Shown one piece after another: positions 17,092 through 30,653 of a stretch of DNA of 64,000 nucleotides (the first letter of the stretch is position 1; each line of letters starts with the position of its first letter). The stretch is taken from the NCBI GenBank assembly GCA_049627345.1, contig JBMZXF010000004.1, positions 17,957-81,956 of the forward strand, written 5' to 3'. The notes beneath the pieces are model-generated. The model saw nothing but the letters and a program-made list of their open reading frames with translations, was not told the DNA's origin and ran no database searches. This stretch comes from Poseidonia sp. (lineage in GTDB: Archaea; Thermoplasmatota; Poseidoniia; Poseidoniales; Poseidoniaceae). The translations under genes were made by a program, and so were the position numbers.

Positions 17092-20000
17092 TCAGTTGGG
17101 ATCGTAATCGATGACCGACGCCAGCCAGTACTCCACCTCGCGGCGGGCACATCCACGCCGCTTGGCTAGGTCCATCACCTGACCTTCGTCCACGCGATTC
17201 ACGGCAAAATAGGTCGCTTCGGGATGGGCAAAATACATGCCTGATACGCTGGCAGCAGGCCGAGTTGCACAGGATTCAGTCAACTCAAACCCGTGATCTT
17301 CTGCCCCGAGCAAGTCAAACAACGCTCGCTTATCGCTGTGGTCCGGACAAGCGGGATAACCGAAGGCAGGACGGATGGATCGGTAATCGGCGTTCATCAA
17401 GCGCTCATGCGTCATTGAGGCGTCATCGGGGAAGCCCCACGCGGCACGAATGCGTTGATGCAACGCTTCCGCCGAGGCTTCTGCGAGCCGATCGGCGATG
17501 GCCCTGACCATGATGGCATTGTAGTCATCGTGATCGTCTTCGTAGCGTTGTGCGAGGGCAGTTGCCCCGTGGATGGCCACAGCGAACGTACCAACATGGT
17601 CGGCGTGGTCGTGGCTCTCAGGGGCAATAAAATCCGCCAAACACCGATTGTGAGCCCCAACATCGCGTTGCTGCCGAAGGAAACTGAAGGTGTGTTCCCG
17701 TTCGCCTGTGACGATGAGATCCTCGCCTCGGGACCGTGCCGGCCAAAACCCTGCAATGGCTCTGACCTTCAAGCTGTTCTCAGCGATCACCTCGTTGAGC
17801 ATCCGTTGACCGTGTTCAAACAATTCGCGAGCAGCCTCACCTCGTTCAGGATGGTCGAGGATGCGGGGGTAGGTGCCTCGCATTTCCCACGCAGTGAAGA
17901 AGAAATTCCAATCGATGTAGGGCACGAGATCTTCGAGTTTGAGATCAAACGTACGTACGCCGAGGAAAGGTGGTGGTGGAGAGGTGGTGGCGTCAAAGGT
18001 GAGCAGGGGCCGCTTCATCCTCGCCTTCTCCAAGGTGAGCAACGGTTGGGCCATTTTTCGCTCAAACAGCGCTGTCAACCGCTTGTGTTCTTCCTGCAAG
18101 GTCGCCTTGAAGACTGAGCGACGCTCCTCGTCCAAAAGGTCGTTGAGCACCCCCGAGACCAAGGACGCGTCCTTGACGTGGACCACTTCGGAGGAGTAGG
18201 CCGGGTCGAGACGAACCGCCGTGTGTTGCCGAGAGGTTGTGGCACCTCCGATGAGCAGGGGCAGTGTCATGTTGCGTCGCTCCATCTCTTTCGCCACGCC
18301 AATCATTTCATCGAGCGACGGCGTGATCAAACCCGAGAGACCCACCACGTCGGCGTTGACCGCTTCGGCCTTGTCAAGAATGGTTGACATGGGCACCATC
18401 ACCCCAAGGTCGTGAACGGCGTAATTGTTGCACTGGAGCACGATGCTCACGATGTTCTTCCCGATGTCGTGAACATCCCCCTTCACGGTGGCCAGCACCA
18501 CGGTACCCCGAGTTTTCTTCTCCGAGGCCCCGTCATGCATGTGTGGTTCGAGCCAAGCCACCGCTTTCTTCATCACGCGAGCGCTTTTCACCACCTGAGG
18601 AAGAAACATCTTCCCCGAACCAAAGAGATCACCCACCACGTTCATCCCATCCATCAACGGGCCCTCGATCACCGAAAGGGCCTCTCCCATCAGCGCGTAA
18701 GCTTCCTCGACGTCGGCTTCAATGTGCTCCGTGATGCCATGAACCAGTGAATGGCTCAGGCGTTCGTGGACGTTGAGATCGCGCCATGCTTCCGACGCCA
18801 CCACCGTCGCAGTGCTGGCGGCAAAGTTCGCAGCATTGGCCACCAGACGTTCAGTGGATTCGGGATGGCGGTCAAACAGCACGTCCTCAACGAGGGTCAA
18901 CAAGGAGGCATCGATGTCCTGGTAGAGCGTCAAATGGGATGGATTCACAATGCCCATGGTCAGGCCGGCCTTGATGGCATGGTGAAGGAAGGATGCGTGC
19001 ATGGCTTGTCGGACTGGGTCGTTGCCGCGAAAAGAGAAGGACAGGTTGCTGATGCCTCCACTGACCATGGTGGTCGGGCATGCCGCTCGAATACGCCGGG
19101 TCGCCTCGATGAAGTTGATGGCGAAGGCGTTGTGCTCCTCCATTCCCGTGGCAACGGCGAGCACGTTGGGGTCGTGCACGATGTCGGACGGGTCAAAGCC
19201 CACCTTCTCCACGAGGAGTCGTTGAGCACGCAGGGCGATCTCGACCTTGCGTTCCACCGTCTCCGCTTGGCCTTGTTCATCGAAACCCATCACGATGACG
19301 GCTGCGCCGTACCGATGAATGGCCTTGGCCTGCTCAAGGAACACCGCTTCACCTTCCTTGAGGGAGATGGAATTGACCACGGGTTTACCCTGAATGCACT
19401 TGAGGCCCGCTTCGAGGACACTCCATTTTGACGAATCGATCATGATGGGCACGGAAGCAATCTCAGGTTCTGTGGCGATGATGTTGAGGAAGTTGGTCAT
19501 CATGGCTTCGCTGTCAATGAGGCCCTCGTCCATGTTGACGTCGATGAGGTTGGCACCGTTGCGCACCTGTTCTCGCGCAACGTCCACCGCAGCCTCAAGG
19601 TCGTTGGCGGTGATCAGACGACGAAACTTCGCAGAGCCCGTGATGTTGGTGCGTTCCCCGACCATGACCAGGTTCGATGAGGGGCGGACCACAAAAGCGT
19701 CCAGCCCAGCGTAGGTGGTCACCCTCGGCACCTCTTCGGGAACTCGCGGCTTCATCCCTTCCACCGCTGCTCGGATGGCGGCGATGTGCTCGGGCGTGGT
19801 GCCGCAACATCCGCCAACGAGGTTCAACAAACCGTCGTTGACGAGGGCTGCCACGTGAGCAGCGGTGATGGCGGGTGTTTCGTCAAATCCCGAGGGCGAG
19901 AGAGGGTTTGGCAATCCGGCGTTCGGATACAGGTGCGTGTTGATGTCCGAAATGGAAGCGAGCGTGGTCAACTTGCTTCGCAAGCCTGTGGCCCCCAGAC

Positions 20001-20739
20001 CGCAGTTCAGTCCAACGCTGAACGGCTTGGCGTGCCGAACGGTGGCCCAAAAGGCCTCCACGCTTTGACCAAACACGGTTCGGTCGCCCTCTTCTTGGAT
20101 GAAGGTCACGGAGATCATGATGGGCAAGGTGACGCCCGTTTGATCGAAGGCATCCAGCACGGCCTTGATGGCAGCCTTGGCGTTGAGCACGTCGAAAATG
20201 GTCTCGATGAGGACGATGTCGCAACCACCCTCGATGAGGGCGATGACCTGCTCGAGGTAGGCGGCATACACGTCATCCCACGAGGCGGCGCGCGACGAGG
20301 GGTCGTCCACATCGGATGAGGCAGAAAGGGTGACGTTGGTCGGCCCCACGGCACCTGCCACCCAGGCCGGTTGGCCGGTGGCCTCACGGTGAGCGTCCAC
20401 GGCTTCACGGGCCAGTCGAGCGGAAGCCAAATTCATCTCGCGAGCGCGGTGGCTCAACCCGTACTCGGCTTGTGCAATGGCGGTCGCCCCGAAGGTGTTG
20501 GTTTCCACGATATCGGCGCCCGCAGCGAGGTACTGCGCGTGGATGTCCCGAATGACATCGGAGCGGGAGATGGAAAGCATCTCGTTGTTGCCCTTGAGGT
20601 CCGTAGGGTGTTCTGTAAGGGCAGCATCTCGGAAGTCAGCTTCCTCCAAACCCACCTGCTGAATCATGGTGCCCATCGCCCCGTCAATGATGACGATGCG
20701 CTGGTTCGCCAGCGCCCTCAACTCGTTGACCGAATCCAT
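17092..20739 (-). CDS. metH: Cobalamin-dependent methionine synthase, full-length bacterial-type
   Basis: It is 1215 aa and includes all the MetH modules: a homocysteine-binding module, a pterin-binding module, a B12-binding module with the DxHxxG region, and an AdoMet reactivation domain. Confidence 0.9.
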   Translation of the reverse strand: MDSVNELRALANQRIVIIDGAMGTMIQQVGLEEADFRDAALTEHPTDLKGNNEMLSISRSDVIRDIHAQYLAAGADIVETNTFGATAIAQAEYGLSHRAREMNLASARLAREAVDAHREATGQPAWVAGAVGPTNVTLSASSDVDDPSSRAASWDDVYAAYLEQVIALIEGGCDIVLIETIFDVLNAKAAIKAVLDAFDQTGVTLPIMISVTFIQEEGDRTVFGQSVEAFWATVRHAKPFSVGLNCGLGATGLRSKLTTLASISDINTHLYPNAGLPNPLSPSGFDETPAITAAHVAALVNDGLLNLVGGCCGTTPEHIAAIRAAVEGMKPRVPEEVPRVTTYAGLDAFVVRPSSNLVMVGERTNITGSAKFRRLITANDLEAAVDVAREQVRNGANLIDVNMDEGLIDSEAMMTNFLNIIATEPEIASVPIMIDSSKWSVLEAGLKCIQGKPVVNSISLKEGEAVFLEQAKAIHRYGAAVIVMGFDEQGQAETVERKVEIALRAQRLLVEKVGFDPSDIVHDPNVLAVATGMEEHNAFAINFIEATRRIRAACPTTMVSGGISNLSFSFRGNDPVRQAMHASFLHHAIKAGLTMGIVNPSHLTLYQDIDASLLTLVEDVLFDRHPESTERLVANAANFAASTATVVASEAWRDLNVHERLSHSLVHGITEHIEADVEEAYALMGEALSVIEGPLMDGMNVVGDLFGSGKMFLPQVVKSARVMKKAVAWLEPHMHDGASEKKTRGTVVLATVKGDVHDIGKNIVSIVLQCNNYAVHDLGVMVPMSTILDKAEAVNADVVGLSGLITPSLDEMIGVAKEMERRNMTLPLLIGGATTSRQHTAVRLDPAYSSEVVHVKDASLVSGVLNDLLDEERRSVFKATLQEEHKRLTALFERKMAQPLLTLEKARMKRPLLTFDATTSPPPPFLGVRTFDLKLEDLVPYIDWNFFFTAWEMRGTYPRILDHPERGEAARELFEHGQRMLNEVIAENSLKVRAIAGFWPARSRGEDLIVTGEREHTFSFLRQQRDVGAHNRCLADFIAPESHDHADHVGTFAVAIHGATALAQRYEDDHDDYNAIMVRAIADRLAEASAEALHQRIRAAWGFPDDASMTHERLMNADYRSIRPAFGYPACPDHSDKRALFDLLGAEDHGFELTESCATRPAASVSGMYFAHPEATYFAVNRVDEGQVMDLAKRRGCARREVEYWLASVIDYDPN

Positions 20740-20743
20740 GCCC

Positions 20744-21772
20744 TCATCCTCGCATGCGGTGAATCAGTTGGTTGAAGACACGACTGTTGTTCATGGTGAA
20801 GAAGTGGATGCCCGGCACGCCGGAAGCCAGCAGTTCTCTTGTTTGCGTTTCAGCGTGGTTCAAGCCAACCTCCACCACCTCTTCATCGCTCGAGCACGCC
20901 TTGACGGCTTCAACCAAGGAAGGCGGCATCACCGTATGGAAAATAGCGGGAAGGACCTCGAGCTGACGCTTGGACGTGAGCACCTTGATGCCTGGAACGA
21001 TGGGGACGTCGATGCCCGCTTCACGGCATGCGTCAACAAAGCGGAAGAAGGCGGCGTTATCGAAAAACATCTGCGTGATGATGAACGATGCACCCGCGTC
21101 AACCTTGCGTTTGAGGTTCGCCACATCGCTGGCCATGTCGCTGGCTTCAGCATGCACTTCGGGATAACCGGCAACACCGATGGAGAAATCGGTGGGCCGA
21201 GCATCGTTGACGCCCTCCAGATAATCGCCATGGTTCAGTCGTACGATGTGCTCAACGAGTTGATTGGCATGGGCGTATCCCTGAGGATGCGGCACGAAGT
21301 GGGGGTCGTTTTTGTCGGCGTCGCCACGAAGGGCAAGCACGTGCTTGAGCCCCAAGTAATCGAGTTCAACGAGGTAATCTTCTGAATCAAACTTGGAAAA
21401 CCCGCCGCAGATGACATGCGGCATGACGTTGAGCCCGTATTGAAATTTGAGCATGGCACACACACCCAGCGCTCCTGGATTTTTTCGGTTCCACACCCAC
21501 TCAGGGCCGTGCTCACCTTGAACCTCCACTCGGTGGGCTCGGTGGTACGTCACGCTCACAAACGCTGGTTTCCAACCATCCAAGCCACGGAAGAACTCGT
21601 GGATGTTGCTGAGGCCGAGACCGCGATTGGGAGGCAAAATCTCAACGGAGAAGGGCAGCCCTGCTTCGCAGGTCTTGAACATCTCCGTGAGGTGCATGAG
21701 GCTTGCGAAGTCCGAGTCCCATTTAAGCCTGTGATTCAACACAGCGCCGCTCAGGTCGCCCACGGGAGTCAT
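20744..21772 (-). CDS. metF: 5,10-methylenetetrahydrofolate reductase
   Basis: It belongs to the MTHFR family by similarity. Its stop lies 5 bp from the metH start. I set the start at MTPVGDL (ATG at 21772..21770), because the 32 upstream codons of the ORF-track version come from a DNA tandem repeat. Confidence 0.8.
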   Translation of the reverse strand: MTPVGDLSGAVLNHRLKWDSDFASLMHLTEMFKTCEAGLPFSVEILPPNRGLGLSNIHEFFRGLDGWKPAFVSVTYHRAHRVEVQGEHGPEWVWNRKNPGALGVCAMLKFQYGLNVMPHVICGGFSKFDSEDYLVELDYLGLKHVLALRGDADKNDPHFVPHPQGYAHANQLVEHIVRLNHGDYLEGVNDARPTDFSIGVAGYPEVHAEASDMASDVANLKRKVDAGASFIITQMFFDNAAFFRFVDACREAGIDVPIVPGIKVLTSKRQLEVLPAIFHTVMPPSLVEAVKACSSDEEVVEVGLNHAETQTRELLASGVPGIHFFTMNNSRVFNQLIHRMRG

Positions 21773-21780
21773 GGATCCTT

Positions 21781-21895
21781 CAATCGTGCGTGAGAATCGT
21801 TCCGTCATACGCGTGTGAAATCCTTCGGTCATGCGTGCGAATCGTTCCGTCATACGTGTGAAATCCATCTTTCATGCGTGTGTGATAGACACGCC
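21781..21895. repeat. Tandem direct repeat of about 46 bp, present as two full copies plus one partial copy, in the metF leader or 5' end
   Basis: The first copy is tcaatcgtgcgtgagaatcgttccgtcatacgcgtgtgaaatccttcggt. The second is tcatgcgtgcgaatcgttccgtcatacgtgtgaaatccatctttc. A partial third copy reads catgcgtgtgtgatagacacgc. Confidence 0.7.
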
Positions 21896-21909
21896 ATGGT
21901 TTCAATGGG

Positions 21910-21916
21910 TTTATAT
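21910..21916 (+). promoter_or_regulatory. TATA-like box (tttatat) upstream of the hsp20-dnaK operon
   Basis: It is an AT-rich heptamer in GC-rich DNA, about 55 bp upstream of the ATG at 21970. Confidence 0.35.
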
Positions 21917-21969
21917 CGGTCAGCGCCGCCCCGACTACATAACCGATGGTTAAGTAGTGGTGTTGGGCG

Positions 21970-22656
21970 ATGGCAGACGACTGGGAGGACGACTTGTTGG
22001 ATAAACTCGAAGAGATGCTCCGAAACATGGGCATGCCCATCAATCGAGAACAACTCAAGGGCTTCATGAACCAGTTCAAAGACCAGTTCGATGCCCTCGG
22101 CATCAACCCCGAAAAAATTGCCAAGGGTGAGGTTAATTTCAACTTCGACATTTCCGACATCTCAAAGATGTTCAACGCTGGCACCTCCGTGGAGGACCTG
22201 TTCAAGAATTTGGGCATGGACATTCGCGTGGATGCTGCCCCGGTCGAGATGGATCCCTCGGCCCTGGAAGACAACGACGATGAGACCGTCAAACTCCCCG
22301 CAGAGGATGTTTACCTCGACGGTTGGAACATGTCGGTCACCCTCGATTTTGCGCTCAAAGGCGACATTAAATCCGAACACCTTGAAATTGAACTCATCAA
22401 GAACGGTTCGCAAATTGAAATCATGCGCAGCACCCAACCCAAGCCCTTGGCGTTGGTGGAGCTTCCCCATCCCTGCGACGACGTGGTGGATTGGACCCTG
22501 AACAACGGCATTCTCGACATCACCCTGAAACTGACGCCTCAAGGCAAGGCGTTGGAGACGGAGGATGACGATTCCCTCCCTGCCCCGGGGGAGGTGAGCA
22601 TCGACCTCGGCGACGACGACGATGACGAAGACGACGGTGGCATCCCCATCTTTTGA
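21970..22656 (+). CDS. Small heat-shock protein (Hsp20/alpha-crystallin-like) with an acidic tail and a C-terminal IPI motif
   Basis: The central region has an sHsp-like pattern: [41 protein letters not shown]...[18 protein letters not shown]. The C-terminus is [14 protein letters not shown], which fits the sHsp IxI motif. Its stop overlaps the dnaK start region. Confidence 0.55.
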   Translation: MADDWEDDLLDKLEEMLRNMGMPINREQLKGFMNQFKDQFDALGINPEKIAKGEVNFNFDISDISKMFNAGTSVEDLFKNLGMDIRVDAAPVEMDPSALEDNDDETVKLPAEDVYLDGWNMSVTLDFALKGDIKSEHLEIELIKNGSQIEIMRSTQPKPLALVELPHPCDDVVDWTLNNGILDITLKLTPQGKALETEDDDSLPAPGEVSIDLGDDDDDEDDGGIPIF

Positions 22657-22670
22657 AGGACGTGAACACA

Positions 22671-24554
<1,884 letters not shown>

Positions 24555-24610
24555 ACCCGAGCCAGAGCCTCAAGCGCTTGGCTTATGGGGAAGGGGTCGG
24601 TGGACGGCGC

Positions 24611-26206
24611 ATGAGCGAAGTCCCCATTCTCAAGGAGACGACGCGAACCACCGGCCGTGAAGCCCTTCGCAACAACATCACGGCCGCCATGGCACTTGCC
24701 GGCGCCGTTCGGACCACGCTGGGACCGCTTGGCCAGGACAAGTTGCTCATCGACGACGAAGGGCGAACGATGGTCACCAACGACGGCGTCACCGTCCTTG
24801 AATCGGCCAAGGTCGAGCACCCCGTGGCTCGCATGCTCATCAACGCCTCCACCACCCAAGACCGAATCGCACGCGACGGAACGACCAGTGCCGTGCTTCT
24901 CTCAGCAGAATTGCTCCAGAACGCCTGGGAGTTGGTGCTGCAGGGCGTTCACCCTTCGGCCATTGCACGAGGCTATCGCCTCGCCGAGGAAGCGTGCAGG
25001 CAACATTTCGAGACATTGGTCATTGATGCCACCGAGCCCCACATGATGGCCGCCGCCACAACCTCGCTCTCAGGAAAGATTCACCGGGCCATGCAGGAGC
25101 ACCTCGCTGGCCTTGCCATCGAAGCAGCAAATGCGGTGGCTGAAGAACGCTCGGACGGTGTGCTCGCCGACCCAACTCGTGTGAAAATTTTGACCCAAAC
25201 GGGTGGAAGCATGACGGACTCTTCGCTCATCACCGGACTGGTGCTGGCCAAAAAGAGGGTCACGGACCGCATGCCAAAGTCGCTGGCATCGGGCAAGGTT
25301 GCGCTGGTTGACGGTGGTCTCGAACGACGGGAAATGATGAGCAAGGTCAAACTCAACGTGGCCAGCACCGGTGTGTTGGAAACCTTCCGACAGCAAGAAA
25401 AAACAATGCTGTTGGACCAAATCAACCATCTGGTTGACCTCGGTGTTACGCTGCTCGCCTGCAAGGAAGGCATCGATGACGATGTTCATGCGGCCCTGAC
25501 CGACGCCGGCATCCAGGCCTATCGTCGCGTGGCTCGTTCCGACCTCGATCTCCTGGCTCGTGGAACGAACGCCACCCTCAACAACGATGTCAAGGGACTC
25601 ACGGCCTCCGACTTGGGCGTGTTCATCGCCAGCCGTAACGAACGGTGGAACGGCGTCATGCACTGGATCGTCGAAACCGAAGAAGGCGGGGCGACGTTCA
25701 TCGCCAAGGGTTCAACCAACGAAACCGTCGGTGAAGTTGAGCGATGTTTCGCCGACGCGCTCGGTGTGGCATGTCAACTTCTCGAAGAGCCGCACCTGCT
25801 CGCTGGGGGCGGAGCGACGCAGATCGCCCTTGCCCGATATTTGCGACGCTTCGCCGAAGGTTTCGCCGGCCGCGAACAACTGGCGATCGAAGCCTTCGCC
25901 GACGCCCTTGAAATCATTCCACGCACCCTCGCTCAAAACGCGGGGCTCGACCCGTTGGATTCGCTGCTCCAAACGGTCGCCAAACAGAGCACGCACGAGG
26001 GCCCTCATGCCCACCACATCGGTTTGAACGTGGAAGACAAATCACCCTCAAACATGGTTGAAGATGGCATCGTGGAACCGTTGCGCATCACACGCCAAGT
26101 GTTGGCTGGCGCCACGGAAGCCGCCCTCTCCGTCCTTCGCATTGACGACGTGTTGTGGGCCAAGCAGGACCCTTCGATTCCAGAGATGCCCGACGAAGAG
26201 GATTGA
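24611..26206 (+). CDS. ths: Thermosome subunit (group II chaperonin)
   Basis: It carries RTTLGPLGQDK and DGTTS, plus the GGGA equatorial motif LLAGGGATQ. Its length is about 530 aa. Confidence 0.9.
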   Translation: MSEVPILKETTRTTGREALRNNITAAMALAGAVRTTLGPLGQDKLLIDDEGRTMVTNDGVTVLESAKVEHPVARMLINASTTQDRIARDGTTSAVLLSAELLQNAWELVLQGVHPSAIARGYRLAEEACRQHFETLVIDATEPHMMAAATTSLSGKIHRAMQEHLAGLAIEAANAVAEERSDGVLADPTRVKILTQTGGSMTDSSLITGLVLAKKRVTDRMPKSLASGKVALVDGGLERREMMSKVKLNVASTGVLETFRQQEKTMLLDQINHLVDLGVTLLACKEGIDDDVHAALTDAGIQAYRRVARSDLDLLARGTNATLNNDVKGLTASDLGVFIASRNERWNGVMHWIVETEEGGATFIAKGSTNETVGEVERCFADALGVACQLLEEPHLLAGGGATQIALARYLRRFAEGFAGREQLAIEAFADALEIIPRTLAQNAGLDPLDSLLQTVAKQSTHEGPHAHHIGLNVEDKSPSNMVEDGIVEPLRITRQVLAGATEAALSVLRIDDVLWAKQDPSIPEMPDEED

Positions 26207-26230
26207 TGGGCCCATGGTTGAAACCTGTCC

Positions 26231-26238
26231 TTCATATA
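26231..26238 (+). promoter_or_regulatory. TATA-like box (ttcatata) about 20 bp upstream of the HMG-CoA synthase ATG, which suggests a leaderless transcript
   Basis: It is an AT-rich octamer lying between the thermosome stop and the hmgS start. Confidence 0.4.
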
Positions 26239-26256
26239 CTGAAGGTCCGAGGAACA

Positions 26257-27831
26257 ATGGTGTCCGAAGAAAGTAACACCCCTGTCGGCATTGACGACAT
26301 TGCGATTCATTTTCCTCGCCTCTACATGGACATGAAGGACTTCGCTGACCTTCGAGGAGCGGACTACGGGAAGCTCAGCAAAGGCCTCGGCCTTGAAGCC
26401 ATGGCCATCCCTGATGTTCACGAGGACACCGCCACCATGGGCGCCATGGCCGTGATGCAACTCATCGACCGGAACGGCCTCGACCCGAGGACCATCGGTC
26501 GCATGTACCTCGGTACTGAATCGGCGCTTGACGGCGCAAAACCAACGGCGACCTACATCGTCGACATGCTGACCCAGCGCTACGCCGAACGCTTTGGCGA
26601 GGATTGCTTCCGCACCTGCGACGTGGTCGACATGACCTTTGCGTGCATTGGCGCCGTTGACGCCCTCCACACCACGTTGGACTGGGTGGCACGCTCCAGT
26701 GAGAACGACGAGCGCTTGGGCATCGTGATTTTCTCTGATAACGCCAAGTATGCGCTGGAATCCTCCGGCGAGTACACACAGGGCGCAGGCGGTGGAGCCT
26801 TGCTCATTCGCCGCCACCCGCGCCTGCTCGAAATCCCCGACTGCATCGGTGTCTCAACCACGCCGGTCCACGATTTCTTCAAGCCCCGACGAGAAGTGTC
26901 CATTCGCTCCGTCATTTCCAACGTGATTCAACTTGCCCAGGAAGCCGGGCAGACCGTGAAGAAAGGCCTCGTTGACCGGATGATTCGCCACCTGCCGAAA
27001 TCCACGGTCAGGAAACTCGGCATCTTCGCCCACGGTGAAGAAAAGGTCAGCGTCCACCGGGACGACCCCGTGTTCGACGGCCAATTCTCCAACCTCTGCT
27101 ACCAAAACGCTGTTCGCCAGGCCTTCTTTGACTTCAGCAACAAAGCCGAGCGGGCTGGACGCATCGATCCAACGGCGGATGACCCGTTCACCGAGCAATG
27201 GTCTCGCATCATCATGCACTTGCCCTACGCCTACCAAGCCAAGCGGATGTTCCCCGACGTGTTTCGGCACGACCGTGAGCACACGCCGATGTGGGAGGAC
27301 GTGGTGGCCCAGATCGGCCCCATGCCAGAACGCCCAGCCTCCGACGACGAGGAGATGTTGGCGGCTTGGGAAAAGGAAAAGGACGCCTACCGTCGCAACA
27401 TTTCGAAAACCACCCAGTACACGCAATTTCACGCAGAGCGCATCGAGAAAGGTCAGCGTGCGAGCAGCCTGATCGGTAACCAGTACACCGGTTCCATCTT
27501 CCTTGCGCTGATGTCGACGTTTGAATCCGACCTCGAAGACAACAGCAACCTCGACAACACCTTGTTCGGCATGTGTGGCTACGGCTCTGGAGCCAAGGCC
27601 AAGGTCTTCGAAGGGAAGGTTAACCCTCGCTGGCGAGAGGTCGTTGCCACCTGGCGCTTGTTTGAGCGACTCGCAGGACGCATGGCGATTGACCACGTCA
27701 CCTACGAAAACCTCCACAAGGGCACCCAAGACAACAGCGTGATTGAGCCCAAGGGCGAATTCGCGCTGGTGGACATCGGTGAAGAAGGCGTTGAGGAAGG
27801 GGCACGACGCTATCGCTGGATCAAAGCTTGA
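26257..27831 (+). CDS. mvaS: Hydroxymethylglutaryl-CoA synthase, long mvaS/eukaryote-like form
   Basis: The sequence runs MVSEESNTPVGIDDIAIHFPRLYMDMKDFADLRGADYGKL...GTESALDGAKP...CFRTCDVVDMTFACIGAVDAL...GEYTQGAGGGALLI. The ORF-track start at 26155 would overlap the thermosome, so I trimmed it. Confidence 0.8.
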   Translation: MVSEESNTPVGIDDIAIHFPRLYMDMKDFADLRGADYGKLSKGLGLEAMAIPDVHEDTATMGAMAVMQLIDRNGLDPRTIGRMYLGTESALDGAKPTATYIVDMLTQRYAERFGEDCFRTCDVVDMTFACIGAVDALHTTLDWVARSSENDERLGIVIFSDNAKYALESSGEYTQGAGGGALLIRRHPRLLEIPDCIGVSTTPVHDFFKPRREVSIRSVISNVIQLAQEAGQTVKKGLVDRMIRHLPKSTVRKLGIFAHGEEKVSVHRDDPVFDGQFSNLCYQNAVRQAFFDFSNKAERAGRIDPTADDPFTEQWSRIIMHLPYAYQAKRMFPDVFRHDREHTPMWEDVVAQIGPMPERPASDDEEMLAAWEKEKDAYRRNISKTTQYTQFHAERIEKGQRASSLIGNQYTGSIFLALMSTFESDLEDNSNLDNTLFGMCGYGSGAKAKVFEGKVNPRWREVVATWRLFERLAGRMAIDHVTYENLHKGTQDNSVIEPKGEFALVDIGEEGVEEGARRYRWIKA

Positions 27832-27834
27832 ACC

Positions 27835-28887
27835 TCAGAAGTCAAGCACGATTTTCCCGCAGTTGCCTTCCATGGCCAACTGAACGGCTTGCTCGAATTC
27901 GTCAATGCCCATGCGGTGGGTCACGACTTTGTCCACGTCGATGAGGCCTCGCTCCAGCAAGTCGTGCATGGTGTCCCATGTTGACCACATCTTCCGACCG
28001 TTGATGCCCTTGAGGTGCAAGTAGCGGAACACGACCTCGTTCATGGGCACCTCTGGGGTGCCGCCACCGTACACGGACAGGACGTTGACATAACCTCCCA
28101 TCCGGGTGGAGTGAATGGCGTTGGAAAGGGCCGAGGCAGCCCCCGAAAACTCGCAGCTGTTGTCCACGCCGCGCCCTTCGGTTGCTTCGAGGATGCTGGC
28201 GACCACGTCGTGGTCTTTCCCAAGCACAAGGTCGGCACCGAGTTCCTCTGCGAGCGCCATGCGGTAGGTGTTGTCCCAGTCCACGGCGATGACCTTGGCA
28301 GCACCCATGGCTTTGGCGGCGTTCACGGCGAACAACCCGATGGGGCCCAGACCGTGAACAGCGACCGTCGCTCCCTCGACGGGACCTCCCGTCAGGGTGT
28401 GGATGGCATTGCCCAAGGGATCCTGAATGGAGGCATGACCGGGGTCAAGGCCGTTGGGAACATGACGAGCGTTGACCGCCGGGACCACGAAGTACGGCGC
28501 AAAGGCCCCGTGGCCGTGGACGCCGAAAATCGACCCGTTTTCACAAACATGAGCGTTGCCTTCCTCGCAACGAGGGCAATTCCAGCAGGCGAGATGACAC
28601 TCAACGGCGATGAGGTCGCCGACCTGGTGGGATGAAACGCCTTCGCCCACGGCCACCACCGTCCCGCTGGTTTCGTGCCCGGTGACGGTGCCAAGGGGAA
28701 CATTCTCCTGACTCCACTGGTCCCATTTCCAGATGTGAAGGTCCGTGCCACAAACCGAGGTGGATTGGGTCTTGATGAGGACTTCACCAGCGGCCGGCGA
28801 AGGCACGGCGTGTTCTTCCTTGGAGAAGCCACCAACTTCGGCACGGGTCTTGGTCCATGCCGTCATGGTTGCAGGTACCGATGCCAT
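27835..28887 (-). CDS. tdh: L-threonine 3-dehydrogenase (zinc-dependent alcohol dehydrogenase family)
   Basis: It has SVCGTDLHIWKWDQW, a structural-zinc cysteine cluster CHLACWNCPRCEEG and a GLGPIG Rossmann motif. Confidence 0.8.
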   Translation of the reverse strand: MASVPATMTAWTKTRAEVGGFSKEEHAVPSPAAGEVLIKTQSTSVCGTDLHIWKWDQWSQENVPLGTVTGHETSGTVVAVGEGVSSHQVGDLIAVECHLACWNCPRCEEGNAHVCENGSIFGVHGHGAFAPYFVVPAVNARHVPNGLDPGHASIQDPLGNAIHTLTGGPVEGATVAVHGLGPIGLFAVNAAKAMGAAKVIAVDWDNTYRMALAEELGADLVLGKDHDVVASILEATEGRGVDNSCEFSGAASALSNAIHSTRMGGYVNVLSVYGGGTPEVPMNEVVFRYLHLKGINGRKMWSTWDTMHDLLERGLIDVDKVVTHRMGIDEFEQAVQLAMEGNCGKIVLDF

Positions 28888-29021
28888 GGTCCGCCCTCGG
28901 TGGATTGTTTGTCGGACGCCTTTTCATCCTTCGCTCACCTTGTCTTGGGGGGGCGATTGGCAGGATGGTTCGGTATGTTGATTAGGTAGGCGCGACGGCC
29001 TAAAAGCCCGTTGATGTTGCA

Positions 29022-30653
29022 ATGAAGTACGTCGTGGTCAGCGGGGGAGTCCTCTCAGGGCTCGGAAAAGGTGTCACCGCCAGCAGCATCGGCGTGTTGC
29101 TGAAAGCCGCGGGCCTGCGGGTCACCTCGATCAAGATTGACCCCTACCTCAACAGCGATGCAGGGACCATGTCACCGTTTGAACACGGCGAAGTCTTCGT
29201 GCTCGACGACGGTGGCGAAGTTGACCTTGACCTCGGCAACTACGAACGCTTCCTTGACATCAACCTGTCCAAGGACAACAACCTCACAACCGGGAAAATC
29301 TACGCCAAGGTCATCGAAGCCGAGCGCCGTGGAGACTACCTCGGCAAGACGGTACAGGTGATTCCCCACATCACCGACGCCGTGCAAGATTGGATCGAAG
29401 ACGTGGCGGCAAGGCCCGCCGATGGCAGCGGTGAAACCCCCGATGCCTGCATCATTGAACTCGGCGGTACCGTTGGCGACATTGAATCATCACCTTACGT
29501 CGAGGCCCTTCGCCAGTTTCAGTTCCGCGTGGGCCGTGAAAACGTCACGTTCGTCCACGTTTCCCTCGTTCCGGTCATGGGCCCCGTGGGCGAACAGAAG
29601 ACCAAACCAACCCAACACACAGTCAAGGAACTCCGCGGATTGGGCATCACCCCCGACATCTTGGTGTGCCGTTCCTCTGCGCCACTCAACGAGGAAACTC
29701 GGAACAAACTCGCAGCGTTCTGCCACGTCAAACCCGAGGCCGTCATGTCAACGCACGACGTCCCCAACATCTACCACGTTCCGCTGATGCTTCAGGAGCA
29801 GGGTCTGTGCGACATTCTCGGCGTGGACTGTTCGGCCACCGGCATGTTGGAGGAATGGAAGGCCATGGCCTACCACCTTGACACCTTGACCGAAGAGGTT
29901 CATATCGCCATGGTTGGGAAGTACACCGACCTCTCCGATGCCTACCTTTCCGTCATCAAAAGCCTTCAACACGCCGCCATGGCCGTGGACCGGAAACTTG
30001 TCATCGACTGGATTGAGGCCAGCCACCTTGAAGATGGCTGGGACGAAGACGAGCACACGGCGGCCTGGAAGGCGCTTCGTGATGCGGACGGCGTCTTGGT
30101 TCCCGGCGGGTTTGGCGACCGAGGCGTTGAGGGGAAGATCAAGGCCGCTCACTACGCACGAACCGAAGACGTCCCCTACCTTGGCATCTGTCTCGGCTTG
30201 CAAATCGCCACCATTGAATTCTGCCGAAACGTCCTCGGCATGAAGGGTGCAAACTCCACGGAGTTTGAGGACAACCCCGAACACGCTGCGGTTGTGTTCA
30301 TGCCTGAAATTTCCAAAACGCACCTCGGGGGTACCATGCGACTGGGCAGCCGTCCGACCCTTTGGCAGCATGATGGATCAACCATTCGAGCCCTGTACGG
30401 GCCGGGCGACGCAGTGGACGAGCGCCACAGACACCGCTACGAGGTCAACCCCGACCTCATCGAACGCATTGAAGAAGCGGGGTTGGTCTTTGTCGGCAAG
30501 GACGAGTCGGGCCAACGGTGTGAAATTTTCGAACTCAACGGCCATCCTTACTACGTTGGCGTGCAGTTTCACCCAGAATTCAAATCCCGCCCGGGCAAGC
30601 CCAGCCCGCCCTTCCTCGGTCTGCTCAAAGCAGCCTCCGGCCAACTTGACTAA
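29022..30653 (+). CDS. pyrG: CTP synthase
   Basis: It starts [24 protein letters not shown] and has a C-terminal glutamine amidotransferase domain GICLGLQ. Confidence 0.95.
   Translation: MKYVVVSGGVLSGLGKGVTASSIGVLLKAAGLRVTSIKIDPYLNSDAGTMSPFEHGEVFVLDDGGEVDLDLGNYERFLDINLSKDNNLTTGKIYAKVIEAERRGDYLGKTVQVIPHITDAVQDWIEDVAARPADGSGETPDACIIELGGTVGDIESSPYVEALRQFQFRVGRENVTFVHVSLVPVMGPVGEQKTKPTQHTVKELRGLGITPDILVCRSSAPLNEETRNKLAAFCHVKPEAVMSTHDVPNIYHVPLMLQEQGLCDILGVDCSATGMLEEWKAMAYHLDTLTEEVHIAMVGKYTDLSDAYLSVIKSLQHAAMAVDRKLVIDWIEASHLEDGWDEDEHTAAWKALRDADGVLVPGGFGDRGVEGKIKAAHYARTEDVPYLGICLGLQIATIEFCRNVLGMKGANSTEFEDNPEHAAVVFMPEISKTHLGGTMRLGSRPTLWQHDGSTIRALYGPGDAVDERHRHRYEVNPDLIERIEEAGLVFVGKDESGQRCEIFELNGHPYYVGVQFHPEFKSRPGKPSPPFLGLLKAASGQLD

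Noticed and set aside
22590-22650. GAC/GAT/GAA trinucleotide repetitiveness near the hsp20 3' end, and a similar run at 31080-31140
   Set aside because: These runs encode poly-Asp/Glu acidic tails of real proteins. They are low-complexity coding sequence, not a regulatory repeat.
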